Of a DNA stretch of 64,000 bases, positions 30,129 through 41,361 are shown piece by piece. The translations under genes and the position numbers were made by a program. The stretch comes from Deltaproteobacteria bacterium (lineage in GTDB: Bacteria; Myxococcota_A; Polyangia; Polyangiales; Houyiibacteriaceae), in the NCBI GenBank assembly GCA_034670305.1, contig JAXMNT010000011.1:96850-160849 (forward strand). Direction: 5' to 3'. A model generated the notes under the pieces. It had not been told where the DNA came from, did not search any database, and saw only the letters and a list, made by a program, of their open reading frames with translations. Each line of letters begins with the position of its first letter. Positions within the stretch are counted from its first letter, which is position 1.

Positions 30129-30380
30129 GCCGATACCGCCGCTGCCGAATCGGTTCCCGTGCCCGTGCCCGTGCCCACGGTTGTCATCCGAAGCCGAATC
30201 CGATGCCGATGCCGAAGCCGAAGCCGACGCCGAAGCCGATGCCGAAGCCGACGCCGAAGCCGATGCCGAAGCCGAAGCCGACGCCGAAGCCGAGGCCGAA
30301 GCCGATGCCGAAGCCGCGGTTCCGTGCCCGTGCCCGTGCTTTGCCAGCGAAGCCGACGCCGACTGCCGACGCCGACTCCG
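30129..30380 (-). repeat. Composite hexamer tract: (GCCGAM)n flanked by (GTGCCC)n on +
   Basis: cccgtgcccgtgcccgtgccc, about 21 GCCGAM units, ccgtgcccgtgcccgtgc, then more GCCGAC units. Confidence 0.93.
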
Positions 30381-30382
30381 GC

Positions 30383-31678
30383 CTAGTGGGTCGCTGGGGG
30401 AAGGCGGGCGGGATCGATGGTCGTGGTTTCGTAGGTCGCGCGAATCGATGGGCAGGGAGGCCCGTCTCCGAGCGTCATGCCGTCCGCGTAGGACCAGAGG
30501 ACGACGCGGCCGGTCTCTGGGTGGTACGCGGCTCCGTAGCCCATGCCGCACGTGGCCCGGTTGTCGTAACGCATGGTGTGCACCACCTCCTCACCGAGGC
30601 GCAGCGCGCCGTCGGTCAGGGACAAGCCGCTCGTCGACCTGCCCTCTGCGACTTCCATCAGCGGGACCGCGCCGGCGAGGGCGCTGGTCAGTCCTTCCGC
30701 GTAGGCCCGGAGCGCTCCGAGATCGTCGCGGGGCGGGGTTCGGGTCAGCACGCGTCGACCCCGCACGAAGTCGGCCCGCAACGATGCTTGATGGTCGTCG
30801 GCAGGCGCGACCACAAAGGTGCCGTCGGGCAGCAGTGCGGGCAGTCCTGGAATGCCTTGACGGACGAGGGCGGGCAGTTCGTCGTCCGTGGCGGAGTCGT
30901 AGAGTTCTCCGAGTCGGCGGGCATCTCGGGCGACCGCGATCTCCGCCCAGGGAGGCAGCGGTTCGCACGCGTCGTCCTCGGGTGGCTGGCGCCAGAGCCG
31001 CACGTAGTCGACGCAGCCGAGCGAGGTCGGTCGGTCGGTTCGGAACCCGTACTTCGCGCAGTGGAAACCATAGTAGCGAAGCGCGCAGGAGTGAGAGGTC
31101 GTCGGGCACCCGCCGTCGTGCAGGCGACCGAGCACCGCGCAGGAGGCCGTCGCCTGGTTGTTCGCCTCGCACTCCGCGCGCAGCCGGTCCTGGTAGACGT
31201 CGGGCAGCGCGCAGAGCGGCGCGCAGTGCGCCGCGTCTTCGACGCACGCGCGGCCTGCGTCACGGGCCGCACGCGTGGCGACCTCTGCGTTGGAAGCGGT
31301 GATCAATTCCGCCCAGACCGAGGGGCAGGGCGCGGTCGGGCAGGCTTGCTCGAGTCGCTGGGCCTCCAGCGCCGCTCGGTCGGGCGTGGCGACGAGCGCC
31401 GCGGTCGCATCGAGGTTCCAGGCGACCTCGGGTGCACTTAGCCGAAGCTCGAGCGCGAGCGCGCACGCTTCTTCAATCTCTGGACAGGCCCGCTCGAAGG
31501 ATGCGAGGGCCGCGACTGGGGCCGCGCTCCGTTCCGCATGCCCGAGCGCGAGGTGCGTCTCGGGCGCGATCACCTGCACATCGTTCGGTTGGCTGGTGGG
31601 TTCGCGGGTCGGGGTCGGACTGGAGGCCCCACAGGCGGCGACGAACGCGAGCAGTACATGCGAGAAGCCGAACCTCAT
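30383..31678 (-). CDS. Hypothetical lipoprotein, Cys-containing
   Basis: [16 protein letters not shown] lipobox; long ORF whose stop abuts the repeat tract. Confidence 0.65.
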   Translation of the reverse strand: MRFGFSHVLLAFVAACGASSPTPTREPTSQPNDVQVIAPETHLALGHAERSAAPVAALASFERACPEIEEACALALELRLSAPEVAWNLDATAALVATPDRAALEAQRLEQACPTAPCPSVWAELITASNAEVATRAARDAGRACVEDAAHCAPLCALPDVYQDRLRAECEANNQATASCAVLGRLHDGGCPTTSHSCALRYYGFHCAKYGFRTDRPTSLGCVDYVRLWRQPPEDDACEPLPPWAEIAVARDARRLGELYDSATDDELPALVRQGIPGLPALLPDGTFVVAPADDHQASLRADFVRGRRVLTRTPPRDDLGALRAYAEGLTSALAGAVPLMEVAEGRSTSGLSLTDGALRLGEEVVHTMRYDNRATCGMGYGAAYHPETGRVVLWSYADGMTLGDGPPCPSIRATYETTTIDPARLPPATH

Positions 31679-31774
31679 GTCCACGAACCTACCGCGGGCC
31701 CGTGTGCACGGACAAACGCGTGAGAGCACCGATGACGCGCCGCGCGATCGGTGCTACCCGGTCCGAGCACCCGC

Positions 31775-33295
31775 ATGCCCGACGACTCCGACCAAGAGCC
31801 CACCGAATCGCCCGAACCGGCGGACGCGCCCAGAGTGGAGCCACCCACCGACAACGACCCCGAGGTTGCGTCCGAGCCGAGGCCTCCGTCTCCGGCTCCT
31901 TCGTTCGCCAGCGCGACGGACTCGGCGGAAGGCAGCATCTCAGACACCAAACTCTCCATGCTCGCCTCGGGCGGTGAGAGCCCACTGCGACGCCGTCGCC
32001 GGATGGTGTTCTTCGGCATCTGGGGCACCGTGGTGGTGGGTGTGCTCATCGCGAGTCGCCACGTCCTGCTGCCCTTCTTTCTCGCCATCATTCTGGCGTA
32101 CGTGTTCGCACCGATCGTGCGCTGGATGCAGGCGCGGGAGATCCGCGGCAAGTCCCTGCCGCGCTGGATCGCCGTCGTGTTGCTCTACCTCGGACTGCTG
32201 GGCGGACTCGGTGGGCTCGTGGCGTTTGGTGCGCCCCGGCTGGCGGCGGAGATTCAGAAACTGAGCGGAGAGTTGCCCGAACTCGTCACCGCGGTGCGCG
32301 ACGATTGGCTCCCCGATCTGGAGCGCCAGTTTCGAGGCGCGATGCGGGAGTACAGCGACGGGACGGCCGAGCCCCCGACCGAGCCAGGTGCACCCGACGC
32401 GGTGACGGGCGCGATGGAAGCGCCCGAGACGTCGCTCCACATCTCGCCCACGGCGGACGGTGGTTGGGCGGTGCATCTGCCCGAGCAAGGGATCGAAGTG
32501 CAGCCGCGCGGGGAGGGCTACCGCATCGTCGAAGTGGTGCCGCGCGCCGAGCAGACCCAAGACCTCGGCGCCACCCTCGGAGACGCGCTGCGCATCGCGA
32601 CCGAGAACACCGAGCAGACCGCCGCGACGTTGCTTCGCACCGCGCAGACCGTCGTGCGCCGCGTGGTGAAGGGCGTGTTCACGTTCTTCATCATGCTGAT
32701 GCTCTCGGCGTACTTACTCATCACCAGCGATCGCATCCTCGCGTTCTTTCGATCGCTCTGGCCCGCGCGGCGACGGCGCAGTTTCGATCGCCTCACGCGG
32801 CGCATCGATCGCGGCATGAGCGGGGTCATTCGAGGGCAGCTCCTCATCGCGGTGGTCAACGGCGTGTTGAGCGGCATCGGCTTCTACCTCTTCGATCTCC
32901 GCTACTGGCCGGTCCTGACCCTCATCGCCACGGTGCTCAGCATCATCCCGATCTTCGGCGCGATCCTGAGCACGATTCCGGCGGTGATCATCGGCCTGCA
33001 AGACGGCACGCCGACCGCACTGCTGGTGCTCGGCTGGATCGTGCTCGTGCACCAGATCGAAGCCAACCTCCTCAACCCCAAGATCATGGGCGACGCCGCG
33101 AAGGTGCACCCGGTGCTGGTGGTGTTCGCGCTCCTGGCCGGCGAAGCCATCTACGGCATCGCGGGCGCGCTCTTGGCGGTGCCCGTCCTGAGCATCGTGC
33201 AGAGCCTCTTCTTACACTACAAAGACCTGATGCTGGGCGCGGGCGTGCCACGGCCGAAGACCCCAGCCCCCGACGCGGCCCCCGAACCCGGGTAG
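31775..33295 (+). CDS. AI-2E (PerM) family transporter
   Basis: PFFLAIILAY.F.P, IRGQLLIA, SIIPIFG, QIEANLLNPKIMG...VHP, G..GALLAVP. Confidence 0.92.
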   Translation: MPDDSDQEPTESPEPADAPRVEPPTDNDPEVASEPRPPSPAPSFASATDSAEGSISDTKLSMLASGGESPLRRRRRMVFFGIWGTVVVGVLIASRHVLLPFFLAIILAYVFAPIVRWMQAREIRGKSLPRWIAVVLLYLGLLGGLGGLVAFGAPRLAAEIQKLSGELPELVTAVRDDWLPDLERQFRGAMREYSDGTAEPPTEPGAPDAVTGAMEAPETSLHISPTADGGWAVHLPEQGIEVQPRGEGYRIVEVVPRAEQTQDLGATLGDALRIATENTEQTAATLLRTAQTVVRRVVKGVFTFFIMLMLSAYLLITSDRILAFFRSLWPARRRRSFDRLTRRIDRGMSGVIRGQLLIAVVNGVLSGIGFYLFDLRYWPVLTLIATVLSIIPIFGAILSTIPAVIIGLQDGTPTALLVLGWIVLVHQIEANLLNPKIMGDAAKVHPVLVVFALLAGEAIYGIAGALLAVPVLSIVQSLFLHYKDLMLGAGVPRPKTPAPDAAPEPG

Positions 33296-33385
33296 GAGCC
33301 AGCTGGGGCTTGCTCAGGACAGACCTCGAAGCACCTGCAAGGGCCGCTGGTCGACCGCGCCCCACGGTCCCGTTACAGACACGAC

Positions 33386-33790
33386 ATGACCAAGACCCTG
33401 TTGATGTTGGTGGCCCTGACCTTCGCTGCTGCCTGTGGCGACGCACGCGAAAGCAGCAACCCGCGCTGCGCGGCGCTCTGCGATCCGGACGGTGCCGCGT
33501 ACGAAGACCAGTGTTCCGAGTCCAGCGTGGGCGGGTGCATCGCGGCCTGCGAAGCCCGCCTCGAGTCCGCCAGCACGCTGTGTGGTGAGTGCTTGCTCGA
33601 AGACGCGGAGTTCGGAGAGGACGGCCCCATCGCCGTGATGTGTTCGACCGAGAGCTGCGACTTCCGCGGTTGCATGTATCCGATGGGCGACGCCGCCGCA
33701 GAACAGGCCTGCCACGAGTCCGAAGCCCGCGAAGTCGACTGCGACGCCGAGTTCCGCCCCGTCACCGATTGCGCAACCGTCTGCGAGTGA
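33386..33790 (+). CDS. Small Cys-rich lipoprotein
   Basis: MTKTLLMLVALTFAAAC lipobox; many Cys residues. Confidence 0.75.
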   Translation: MTKTLLMLVALTFAAACGDARESSNPRCAALCDPDGAAYEDQCSESSVGGCIAACEARLESASTLCGECLLEDAEFGEDGPIAVMCSTESCDFRGCMYPMGDAAAEQACHESEAREVDCDAEFRPVTDCATVCE

Positions 33791-33832
33791 GCACCGTGGC
33801 GGCCTTCGTTCCGGACCGGAACGGTGGGTGCG

Positions 33833-34555
33833 ATGTTGGAGTTCTTGCTCGGAACGAACCTCTCTGAGGTCCTGCTGATTTGCGTCGAGACCGATCAGGG
33901 CTCGTGGCTGATGTCGGACTCCGTGATCTTCGTCGCGGACGGCCAGCCGCACCAGTTCGCACACCACGATTGGGAGTTGGCCGTCCACGAGATCGAACGG
34001 CAGTGTCCGATCATCTTCGGCTGGTACCCCGACCTGCGGCACCAACGACTGGTTCCGAGTCCGCACTTTCAGTCGCCAGGGACGGTGCGTGAAGCGTGTG
34101 AGTTCGAAGACTCGGCGTGGGGATTCTTGGGGGTCGAGATCGTCACCACGACCGGCGGGGTGTCGGTCGTCATGGAGGAGATCGAGGACCTCGAAGTTCG
34201 GCCAGCCGGCGCGGCCCGCGCATGTGCGGAACGCCCCTGTCGTCGCAAATCCGGTCGTGGACAGCGGGGGCCCGGTGGTTACCTGAGCATCCATGTTCAT
34301 CGACCCGCCCATCCTCTCGCTTTCGTTCTTCATGGGGGACTCCCTGGTGTTGGACGGGTTGCGCGCGGCCCACGGATCCGGGGAAGCGGTGCAGCACGAC
34401 CAGTCGATCCATTTCAACGCACCCGGCTGCGTAGGGGTTTCGAACGGCGAGCGGATTGTGTACCGCGGACAGACGCTCACGTACTGGACCTCGGGCCAGC
34501 ACTTCACCGGACCGAACGAGGCCGCGATGAAGTACGCGTTTTCAACGGGCCGTAA
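33833..34555 (+). CDS. Hypothetical protein, probably frameshifted or lacking its native stop near 34200-34290
   Basis: Coding-like codons to about 34230, then the frame runs about 260 nt into the next ORF with poor composition. Confidence 0.4.
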   Translation: MLEFLLGTNLSEVLLICVETDQGSWLMSDSVIFVADGQPHQFAHHDWELAVHEIERQCPIIFGWYPDLRHQRLVPSPHFQSPGTVREACEFEDSAWGFLGVEIVTTTGGVSVVMEEIEDLEVRPAGAARACAERPCRRKSGRGQRGPGGYLSIHVHRPAHPLAFVLHGGLPGVGRVARGPRIRGSGAARPVDPFQRTRLRRGFERRADCVPRTDAHVLDLGPALHRTERGRDEVRVFNGP

Positions 34556-34913
34556 ACTGACCAAGGCATTCCTGCGACTCTGCGAACACCACGCGCCCGT
34601 CTACGGTGCCATCACCTTGCTGGACGACCTTCAAGAACCGGTCGAGCTCGTGCGCGGTGGGGAGCCTTGTGCGTTTCAGGACTTCTTCCTCAGCGACACT
34701 TGGTTCCATGGTGAAGTTCGTACCCGGATCCAAGCGATGTACGCCGACGCGTTCGTCGACGAGACCGCGGGCGGCCTCTACGTCTCCACCAACCCTTGGT
34801 TCAACCGACCCGGCAAGCGGTTGACCCGCGAGCAAACGTTCGATCGCTCGAAACGGCTCTCCCGCCTCATCGTGCGGACCCTGAAGGGCACGCATCTGCC
34901 GCAGATGTGGTGA
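34293..34913 (+). CDS. Hypothetical protein
   Basis: ATG-started 206-aa ORF with globular composition and GC-rich third positions. Confidence 0.6.
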   Translation: MFIDPPILSLSFFMGDSLVLDGLRAAHGSGEAVQHDQSIHFNAPGCVGVSNGERIVYRGQTLTYWTSGQHFTGPNEAAMKYAFSTGRKLTKAFLRLCEHHAPVYGAITLLDDLQEPVELVRGGEPCAFQDFFLSDTWFHGEVRTRIQAMYADAFVDETAGGLYVSTNPWFNRPGKRLTREQTFDRSKRLSRLIVRTLKGTHLPQMW

Positions 34914-34927
34914 GTTCTGGAACCGCC

Positions 34928-34979
34928 GGGCGAGGGCACGGGCGAGGGCAAGGGCGAGGGCAAGGGCAGGGGCAAGGGG
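34928..34979 (+). repeat. Short (GGGCAN/GGGCGA) hexamer tract followed by hairpin GGATAAGCCGC...GCGGCTTATCC (34978-35004)
   Basis: gggcgagggcacgggcgagggcaagggcgagggcaagggcaggggcaagggg seen directly. Confidence 0.8.
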
Positions 34980-35085
34980 ATAAGCCGCTGGGGGCGGCTT
35001 ATCCGCGCAGGAGATGTTGGGTCGATCGGTGAGGTTCGTCACCGTGGCCGTACGGAGATTGCGCAATTGCCGTTAGCTTCGGGCC

Positions 35086-36759
35086 ATGCGCCGCTTTCTG
35101 CTCTTGGTTTGTGTGGTTTCACTTGGGTGTGGGGACGACGATCGTCCCGGTCGCGACAGCGGCTCCGGCATGGACGTCGTCACGCCCTTGATGTGCTCGA
35201 CCACCACGGACACCGACGGCGATGGGCTCTACGACGACTACGAAGGCATGGGCGACTTCGATGGCGACGGGATCCCGAACCACATGGACACGGACTCGGA
35301 CGGCGACGGGCTGAGCGACATGCAGGAGCGTGGCGACCAGATGGGATGCGAGTCGCGCAACACCGATGGCGACGCGTACCCGGACTACCTCGACAACGAC
35401 AGCGACAACGACGGGCTCGGCGACCGCGAAGAGTCCGAGGTGTACTTCACCAACCCGCTGCTCGAAGACACCGACGGGGACGGGTTCCCAGACGGAGCCG
35501 AGGTGGCCACGGGCCACGACGCGAGCGACGCCTCGGACGGCATCGACCCGGACGACTTCTTCGTGGTGCTTCCGTTCGGCGGCCCTGAGCAGATCCGCAC
35601 GCTTCGATTCGGCACCACGCTCCGCAAAGCGGACGTGTTCTTCGTGGTCGACCGCACCGGCTCCATGGACGGCGAAGTCAGCAACCTGCGCAGTGGGCTG
35701 AGCGGTCTGGTGGACACGCTGGTCACTTTGATTCCGGACGTGGGCGTCGGCGTCGGTGGCTACGCGGGCTTCGGCAACCTCCCGCCATGCATGACCATCA
35801 TCGGCATCGAGACCTGTTCGGACGGCCCGCCGGGCGACCTGCCGTTCGAGCTCACCAACGTCATCACCACCGACCGGACCGAGATGCAGTCCGCGGTCGA
35901 TCGACTTCGCGCGGACATGGGCGGGGCCAACTGGGCGTCGTCGACCGAAGCGCTCTACCAGACCGCCACCGGCGAAGGCATTCGTTGGGGCGATGACTCG
36001 GACCAGATGGTGCCGCCGCAGACCTGCGCGCGCGTGCCGGACGAGCCGGGCGTGCGCTTCGGCTACCCGTGTTTCCGGCCGGGTGCGCTGCCGATCATCA
36101 TCCCGATCACGGACACCTCGTCGAAGAACGGACCGGGCACCTCCGGCAGCCAGAACTACGAGGCTGGTTCGCCCCCGCACACCTTGGACCAGACCCGGCT
36201 CGCGCTCGCAGGCATCGGCGCGCGGGTGTTCGGCGTCGTGAGCGGCCAGGAGATCGATTCGCCGACCGCCGAAGCGCAGATGACCGATTGGGCGACCAAC
36301 ACCGGCACCGTGGATGGCAGCGGCGCGCCGATTGTCTTCCGCATCAACTCGGATGGCTCCGGCCTGACCGACCGGGTCGCCGACGCGGTTTCGCGCCTCG
36401 CGACCGAGACGCCGCAGGACATCACGACCCGCACCGAAGACGGCGACGACCTTCCGGTGCAGGACCCGCCGATCGACGCGACCACGATGATCAAGCGCAT
36501 CACCCCGCTCGCGGCGTACGACGAAGCGGGACTGGTGATCGGGCCGGACGTCATCACCCGCGACGACCGCGCGTTCTACTCGGTGACGCCGGGCACGACG
36601 GTGGAGTTCGAGATCCAGTTCCTCAACGACACGGTGCCGCCGATCGCGACCGCGCAGATCTTCCTCGCGCGCATCATCGTCGTCGGCAACGGTGTGGCCG
36701 ACCTCGACGCCCGCGAGGTCATCATCCTCGTGCCGGCCGGCAGCGGCCCGCTCATCTAA
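35086..36759 (+). CDS. Lipoprotein with thrombospondin-type-3-like Ca-binding repeats and a vWA domain
   Basis: Lipobox SLGC; DTDGDG/DSDNDG repeats; DVFFVVDRTGSM MIDAS-like motif; EALYQ; ITD. Confidence 0.85.
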   Translation: MRRFLLLVCVVSLGCGDDDRPGRDSGSGMDVVTPLMCSTTTDTDGDGLYDDYEGMGDFDGDGIPNHMDTDSDGDGLSDMQERGDQMGCESRNTDGDAYPDYLDNDSDNDGLGDREESEVYFTNPLLEDTDGDGFPDGAEVATGHDASDASDGIDPDDFFVVLPFGGPEQIRTLRFGTTLRKADVFFVVDRTGSMDGEVSNLRSGLSGLVDTLVTLIPDVGVGVGGYAGFGNLPPCMTIIGIETCSDGPPGDLPFELTNVITTDRTEMQSAVDRLRADMGGANWASSTEALYQTATGEGIRWGDDSDQMVPPQTCARVPDEPGVRFGYPCFRPGALPIIIPITDTSSKNGPGTSGSQNYEAGSPPHTLDQTRLALAGIGARVFGVVSGQEIDSPTAEAQMTDWATNTGTVDGSGAPIVFRINSDGSGLTDRVADAVSRLATETPQDITTRTEDGDDLPVQDPPIDATTMIKRITPLAAYDEAGLVIGPDVITRDDRAFYSVTPGTTVEFEIQFLNDTVPPIATAQIFLARIIVVGNGVADLDAREVIILVPAGSGPLI

Positions 36760-36802
36760 GGTTCGCTTTGACCCAGAGCCGAAGAACACCGATCCTCGAC
36801 TG

Positions 36803-37096
36803 ATGCCGAGCGACCTCGAAGCCCATTTGATTCGAACCTACGTCTTGCAAGGCAAGCGCGTGCTGTTGCTCCGCGAAGGCTGCAAGGGCGGCGTGGAGCC
36901 CGGCGACGAAGTCGAGATCGAGACAACCTCCGGCGCGATGCGGCGTGCGACCGTCAAATCGGTCGCCTGGGGAAGTGGCTTTCACGCCGAAGCTCCGCCG
37001 CTGACCTTGATCGTCGATGGTGCCGAGGACGTCGAAGTCGCCGAAGGCGCCAAGGTGGTTGGCTGTCCGACCGCGACGATGCTCCCGCCGGCTTAG
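36803..37096 (+). CDS. Small hypothetical beta-barrel-like protein
   Basis: 97-aa ORF with coding-like composition, convergent with the PP2C gene. Confidence 0.55.
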   Translation: MPSDLEAHLIRTYVLQGKRVLLLREGCKGGVEPGDEVEIETTSGAMRRATVKSVAWGSGFHAEAPPLTLIVDGAEDVEVAEGAKVVGCPTATMLPPA

Positions 37097-37224
37097 TCCG
37101 GGGTCAGTCGCGGCCAGCGGTACTGGCTTCGGGAGTCGCAGTGCTGGCCTCGGGAACGGCAGTGCTCGTTCGCCCGTCGCACCTGCGCTTTGTCTGTGGT
37201 CTGACTCGGGTTCCGAGACAGACG

Positions 37225-37980
37225 TCAGGCGATCTGCACGACGATGGCGGTGATGTTGTCTTTGCCGCCGCGGTTGTTGGCGAGCTGGATGAACTTCTCG
37301 ACCGCGACCTTGGGACCGAGCGCGATGTGCGGTGCGATCTCTTCCTCTTTGAGGTAGCCGTGCAGCCCGTCCGAGCACAGCAGGAACGCGTCGCCGGGCC
37401 GCGCTTCGAAGAACTTGGTGTCCACTTGCACATAGTCGCGTGAGCCGACCGCGCGGGTGATGACGTTGCGGTGCGGAGAGACCCGCGCCTCGTCTTCGGT
37501 GATGATGCCCTGCTTGAGCTGCCAGGCGACCAGGGTGTGGTCTTCGGTCAGCTGGGCGGCTTGGTTGCCACGGACCATGTACACCCGGCTGTCGCCGACC
37601 TGGGCGGTCAGGCAGAAGCGGTTGCAGATCGCGAGGGCCGAGAGGGTGGTGCCCATGCCCTGTCGATCAGGGTCCGCTTGGGCGAGCCCGAAGATCATGT
37701 AGGTGGCCGCTTGGACCGCGCTCTCGAGCACGCGGATGGCGGCCCGCAAGGTCTCCGGGCTGGTGTCGCCGGCGGCCAGCCGGTCGAGCTGTTCCTTGCC
37801 TTGACGCACCATGCCGTGGACGGTGTCGCACGCTTCTTCGCTCGCGACCTCACCGGCGGCGTGTCCACCCATTCCATCTGCGACGACGTACAGCCCGAGC
37901 TCGTCGTCGAAGAAAAAAGCATCTTCGTTGACCGCCCGCCGCTGCCCCACATCCGTCAGTCCGGCCCCGAATCGTTCCAC
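37225..37980 (-). CDS. PP2C-family Ser/Thr protein phosphatase
   Basis: TDVG.RR..NED, VADGMGGH..GE.AS, GMGTT, VGDSR, DH, RNVITRAVG, LCSDGL, GG.DNIT; GTG 37980 with GAGGTG RBS. Confidence 0.95.
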   Translation of the reverse strand: MERFGAGLTDVGQRRAVNEDAFFFDDELGLYVVADGMGGHAAGEVASEEACDTVHGMVRQGKEQLDRLAAGDTSPETLRAAIRVLESAVQAATYMIFGLAQADPDRQGMGTTLSALAICNRFCLTAQVGDSRVYMVRGNQAAQLTEDHTLVAWQLKQGIITEDEARVSPHRNVITRAVGSRDYVQVDTKFFEARPGDAFLLCSDGLHGYLKEEEIAPHIALGPKVAVEKFIQLANNRGGKDNITAIVVQIA

Positions 37981-38253
37981 TCTGAGTGCACCTCGCGCAG
38001 CCAGGCTGCGTGTCAGGCAGGAGCCTACACCAGTGGTCCTGTGGATGCGATCCGATTTGCGCCCAGAAACCCGCCAGTTGCCTGCCCTACGGGCCGCAGG
38101 TGCACTTGGTGCGACACCATCGGTCCGTTGCAATGGGCAGGTCCGCGGTCGCAAGAATTGCTCGGAACAAGAGGGTGGGGGGTTGCGTTGGGATGGATGG
38201 GCCCAACTCTGGGACCGTTGATGAACCAATCCCCTCTCACTCACGTCCAACCC

Positions 38254-39387
38254 ATGATGCGTTCACTCCTCGCGCTCGTCTCGTTGCTCCCCCTCACGTT
38301 TGGAACGCCCACACCCGCGTCGGCTCAGAACGGTTCGCGGGAGATGACGGAGACCCGGCGGGTCGAAGTCGCGGAGCGTCTGGCCCGAAGCACCGTGCTC
38401 GTGCAGGTGGGCTCCTCCGGGGGGAGTGGATTCGTCGTCAGCGAAGAAGGGTGGATCGTCACCAACGCCCACGTGGTCGCGGCGGCACGCAACGGGGTCG
38501 TCGCGATTCGATACTCGGACGGGACCCAAGTGCGGGCCCGCGTGCTCGCGGTCGATCGACTTCACGATCTCGCGGTGCTCCAGCCCGGCGACCGAGAAGG
38601 CTCGGTTCCGGCGCTGCCGCTCGCCAGCGCGTCTGAAGTGCGCGTAGGACAGTCCGTCCTGGCGTATGGAAGTCCATTCGGACTCGAGGGCACGCTGACC
38701 CAGGGCATCGTCTCCGCGCGGCGCGACTTGCCCACCCGCGAAGGCCGCATCGAGGGCGTCATCCAGACCGATGCGGCGGTGAACCCGGGCAACTCGGGCG
38801 GACCCCTGGCGAACAGTCGCGGACAGGTCATCGGCGTCAACACCGCGATCCTCTCGCGCACCGGCGGCTCGAACGGCATCGGCTTCGCGGTGCCCTCCAA
38901 CTTCGTCCAGTCGCTCGTCGAGCAGGTCCGCGTGCGGATGAACGCGGTGGCGAGAAACCCGACCCCACCCATTAGGGAAACCCGCCAGGAGCAACCGCAG
39001 CCACGGGCCGAAGCGGCGCCGGAACGCGCGGTCGACACGGCCGGACTCGGTCCGGTGTGGCTCGGCATCCTCGGGGAAGACGTGCGGGTGGGACGGCTCC
39101 GCGGCGTCCGCATCCAGGCGGTGATCCCCGGCGGTCCGGCCTCCGAGGCGGGACTCCGAGGCTTGCGGGATCCAGTCCCCACAGCGGCGCGGCGGTTGGG
39201 GGAGTCCTGGACCGGTCACATCATTCTGGCGGTCGACGACGAGCCCGTGCAGAGCTTGGACGCGTTGACCGAGGCGCTGCAATCGCGTGCGCCCGGGCAG
39301 GCCGCGCGGCTCACGCTGACGATGGGCGCCGGTCGCGTTCGCGGCACAGCCGAGGTGACGCTCGCTGCCCCCCCGAACAACCCCTGA
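38254..39387 (+). CDS. HtrA/DegP-like trypsin serine protease with PDZ domain
   Basis: Signal peptide; GSGF, TNAHV (His), DLAVL (Asp), QTDAAVNPGNSGGPL (Ser); WLGI PDZ. Confidence 0.93.
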   Translation: MMRSLLALVSLLPLTFGTPTPASAQNGSREMTETRRVEVAERLARSTVLVQVGSSGGSGFVVSEEGWIVTNAHVVAAARNGVVAIRYSDGTQVRARVLAVDRLHDLAVLQPGDREGSVPALPLASASEVRVGQSVLAYGSPFGLEGTLTQGIVSARRDLPTREGRIEGVIQTDAAVNPGNSGGPLANSRGQVIGVNTAILSRTGGSNGIGFAVPSNFVQSLVEQVRVRMNAVARNPTPPIRETRQEQPQPRAEAAPERAVDTAGLGPVWLGILGEDVRVGRLRGVRIQAVIPGGPASEAGLRGLRDPVPTAARRLGESWTGHIILAVDDEPVQSLDALTEALQSRAPGQAARLTLTMGAGRVRGTAEVTLAAPPNNP

Positions 39388-39406
39388 ACACCGAAGGGCT
39401 GCGGGC

Positions 39407-40807
<1,401 letters not shown>

Positions 40808-40818
40808 CTCAGCGCATC

Positions 40819-41361
40819 TCAGTCGCAGGGATGCCGGCCGGAGAGATCGCAGAACCCGGTGATGTCGCTGGCCGGCGGGACCGCGCCGCACCCGGCTACG
40901 AAACAGCGCCCGATCACCTCGGGCTCGGTGGATGCCACCTCCGGATCCATGGCGCTGCTGTCGACGGTGACGGAGGTGAACTCGCCGACCCGGAAGGGCT
41001 CCTCGATCTCGTACCACTTGCTGAGCGTGCCCGGCCCGTCGGTGCACGCGGCGTCGGCGCAGAAGAGCACCTTGAGTCGGAGCGTCTCTTCGAAGCGCTC
41101 GGTCGCTTCGATGCTCACGACGCGGACGCTGGGGCTCGCGCCGAGCGGAGAGGACGCGCTCGCGCTCCAGAACTCCATGAAGTCGCGGGTGGACCCGCGG
41201 CGCGCTGCGAATGCGACGTGGGTCATGGTTGCGCCCGCGGCGTCGAACGCCGCTGGCAAACGGAACTCGACCTCGACGATGGCGTTGGGCGGCGCGCCGC
41301 CACACCCGAGTGCGAGCGCGAGCGCGACCATCCATGCAGACGTGTTGCTGAGCCCGGTCAC
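40819..41361 (-). CDS. Hypothetical lipoprotein
   Basis: GTG overlaps the upstream TGA; lipobox ALGC; C-terminal Cys cluster. Confidence 0.7.
   Translation of the reverse strand: MTGLSNTSAWMVALALALGCGGAPPNAIVEVEFRLPAAFDAAGATMTHVAFAARRGSTRDFMEFWSASASSPLGASPSVRVVSIEATERFEETLRLKVLFCADAACTDGPGTLSKWYEIEEPFRVGEFTSVTVDSSAMDPEVASTEPEVIGRCFVAGCGAVPPASDITGFCDLSGRHPCD

Noticed and set aside
37097-37224. Degenerate 21-nt duplication and small hairpin between convergent genes
   Set aside because: Only about 2.4 imperfect copies; cannot be assigned to the repeat family or distinguished from chance.
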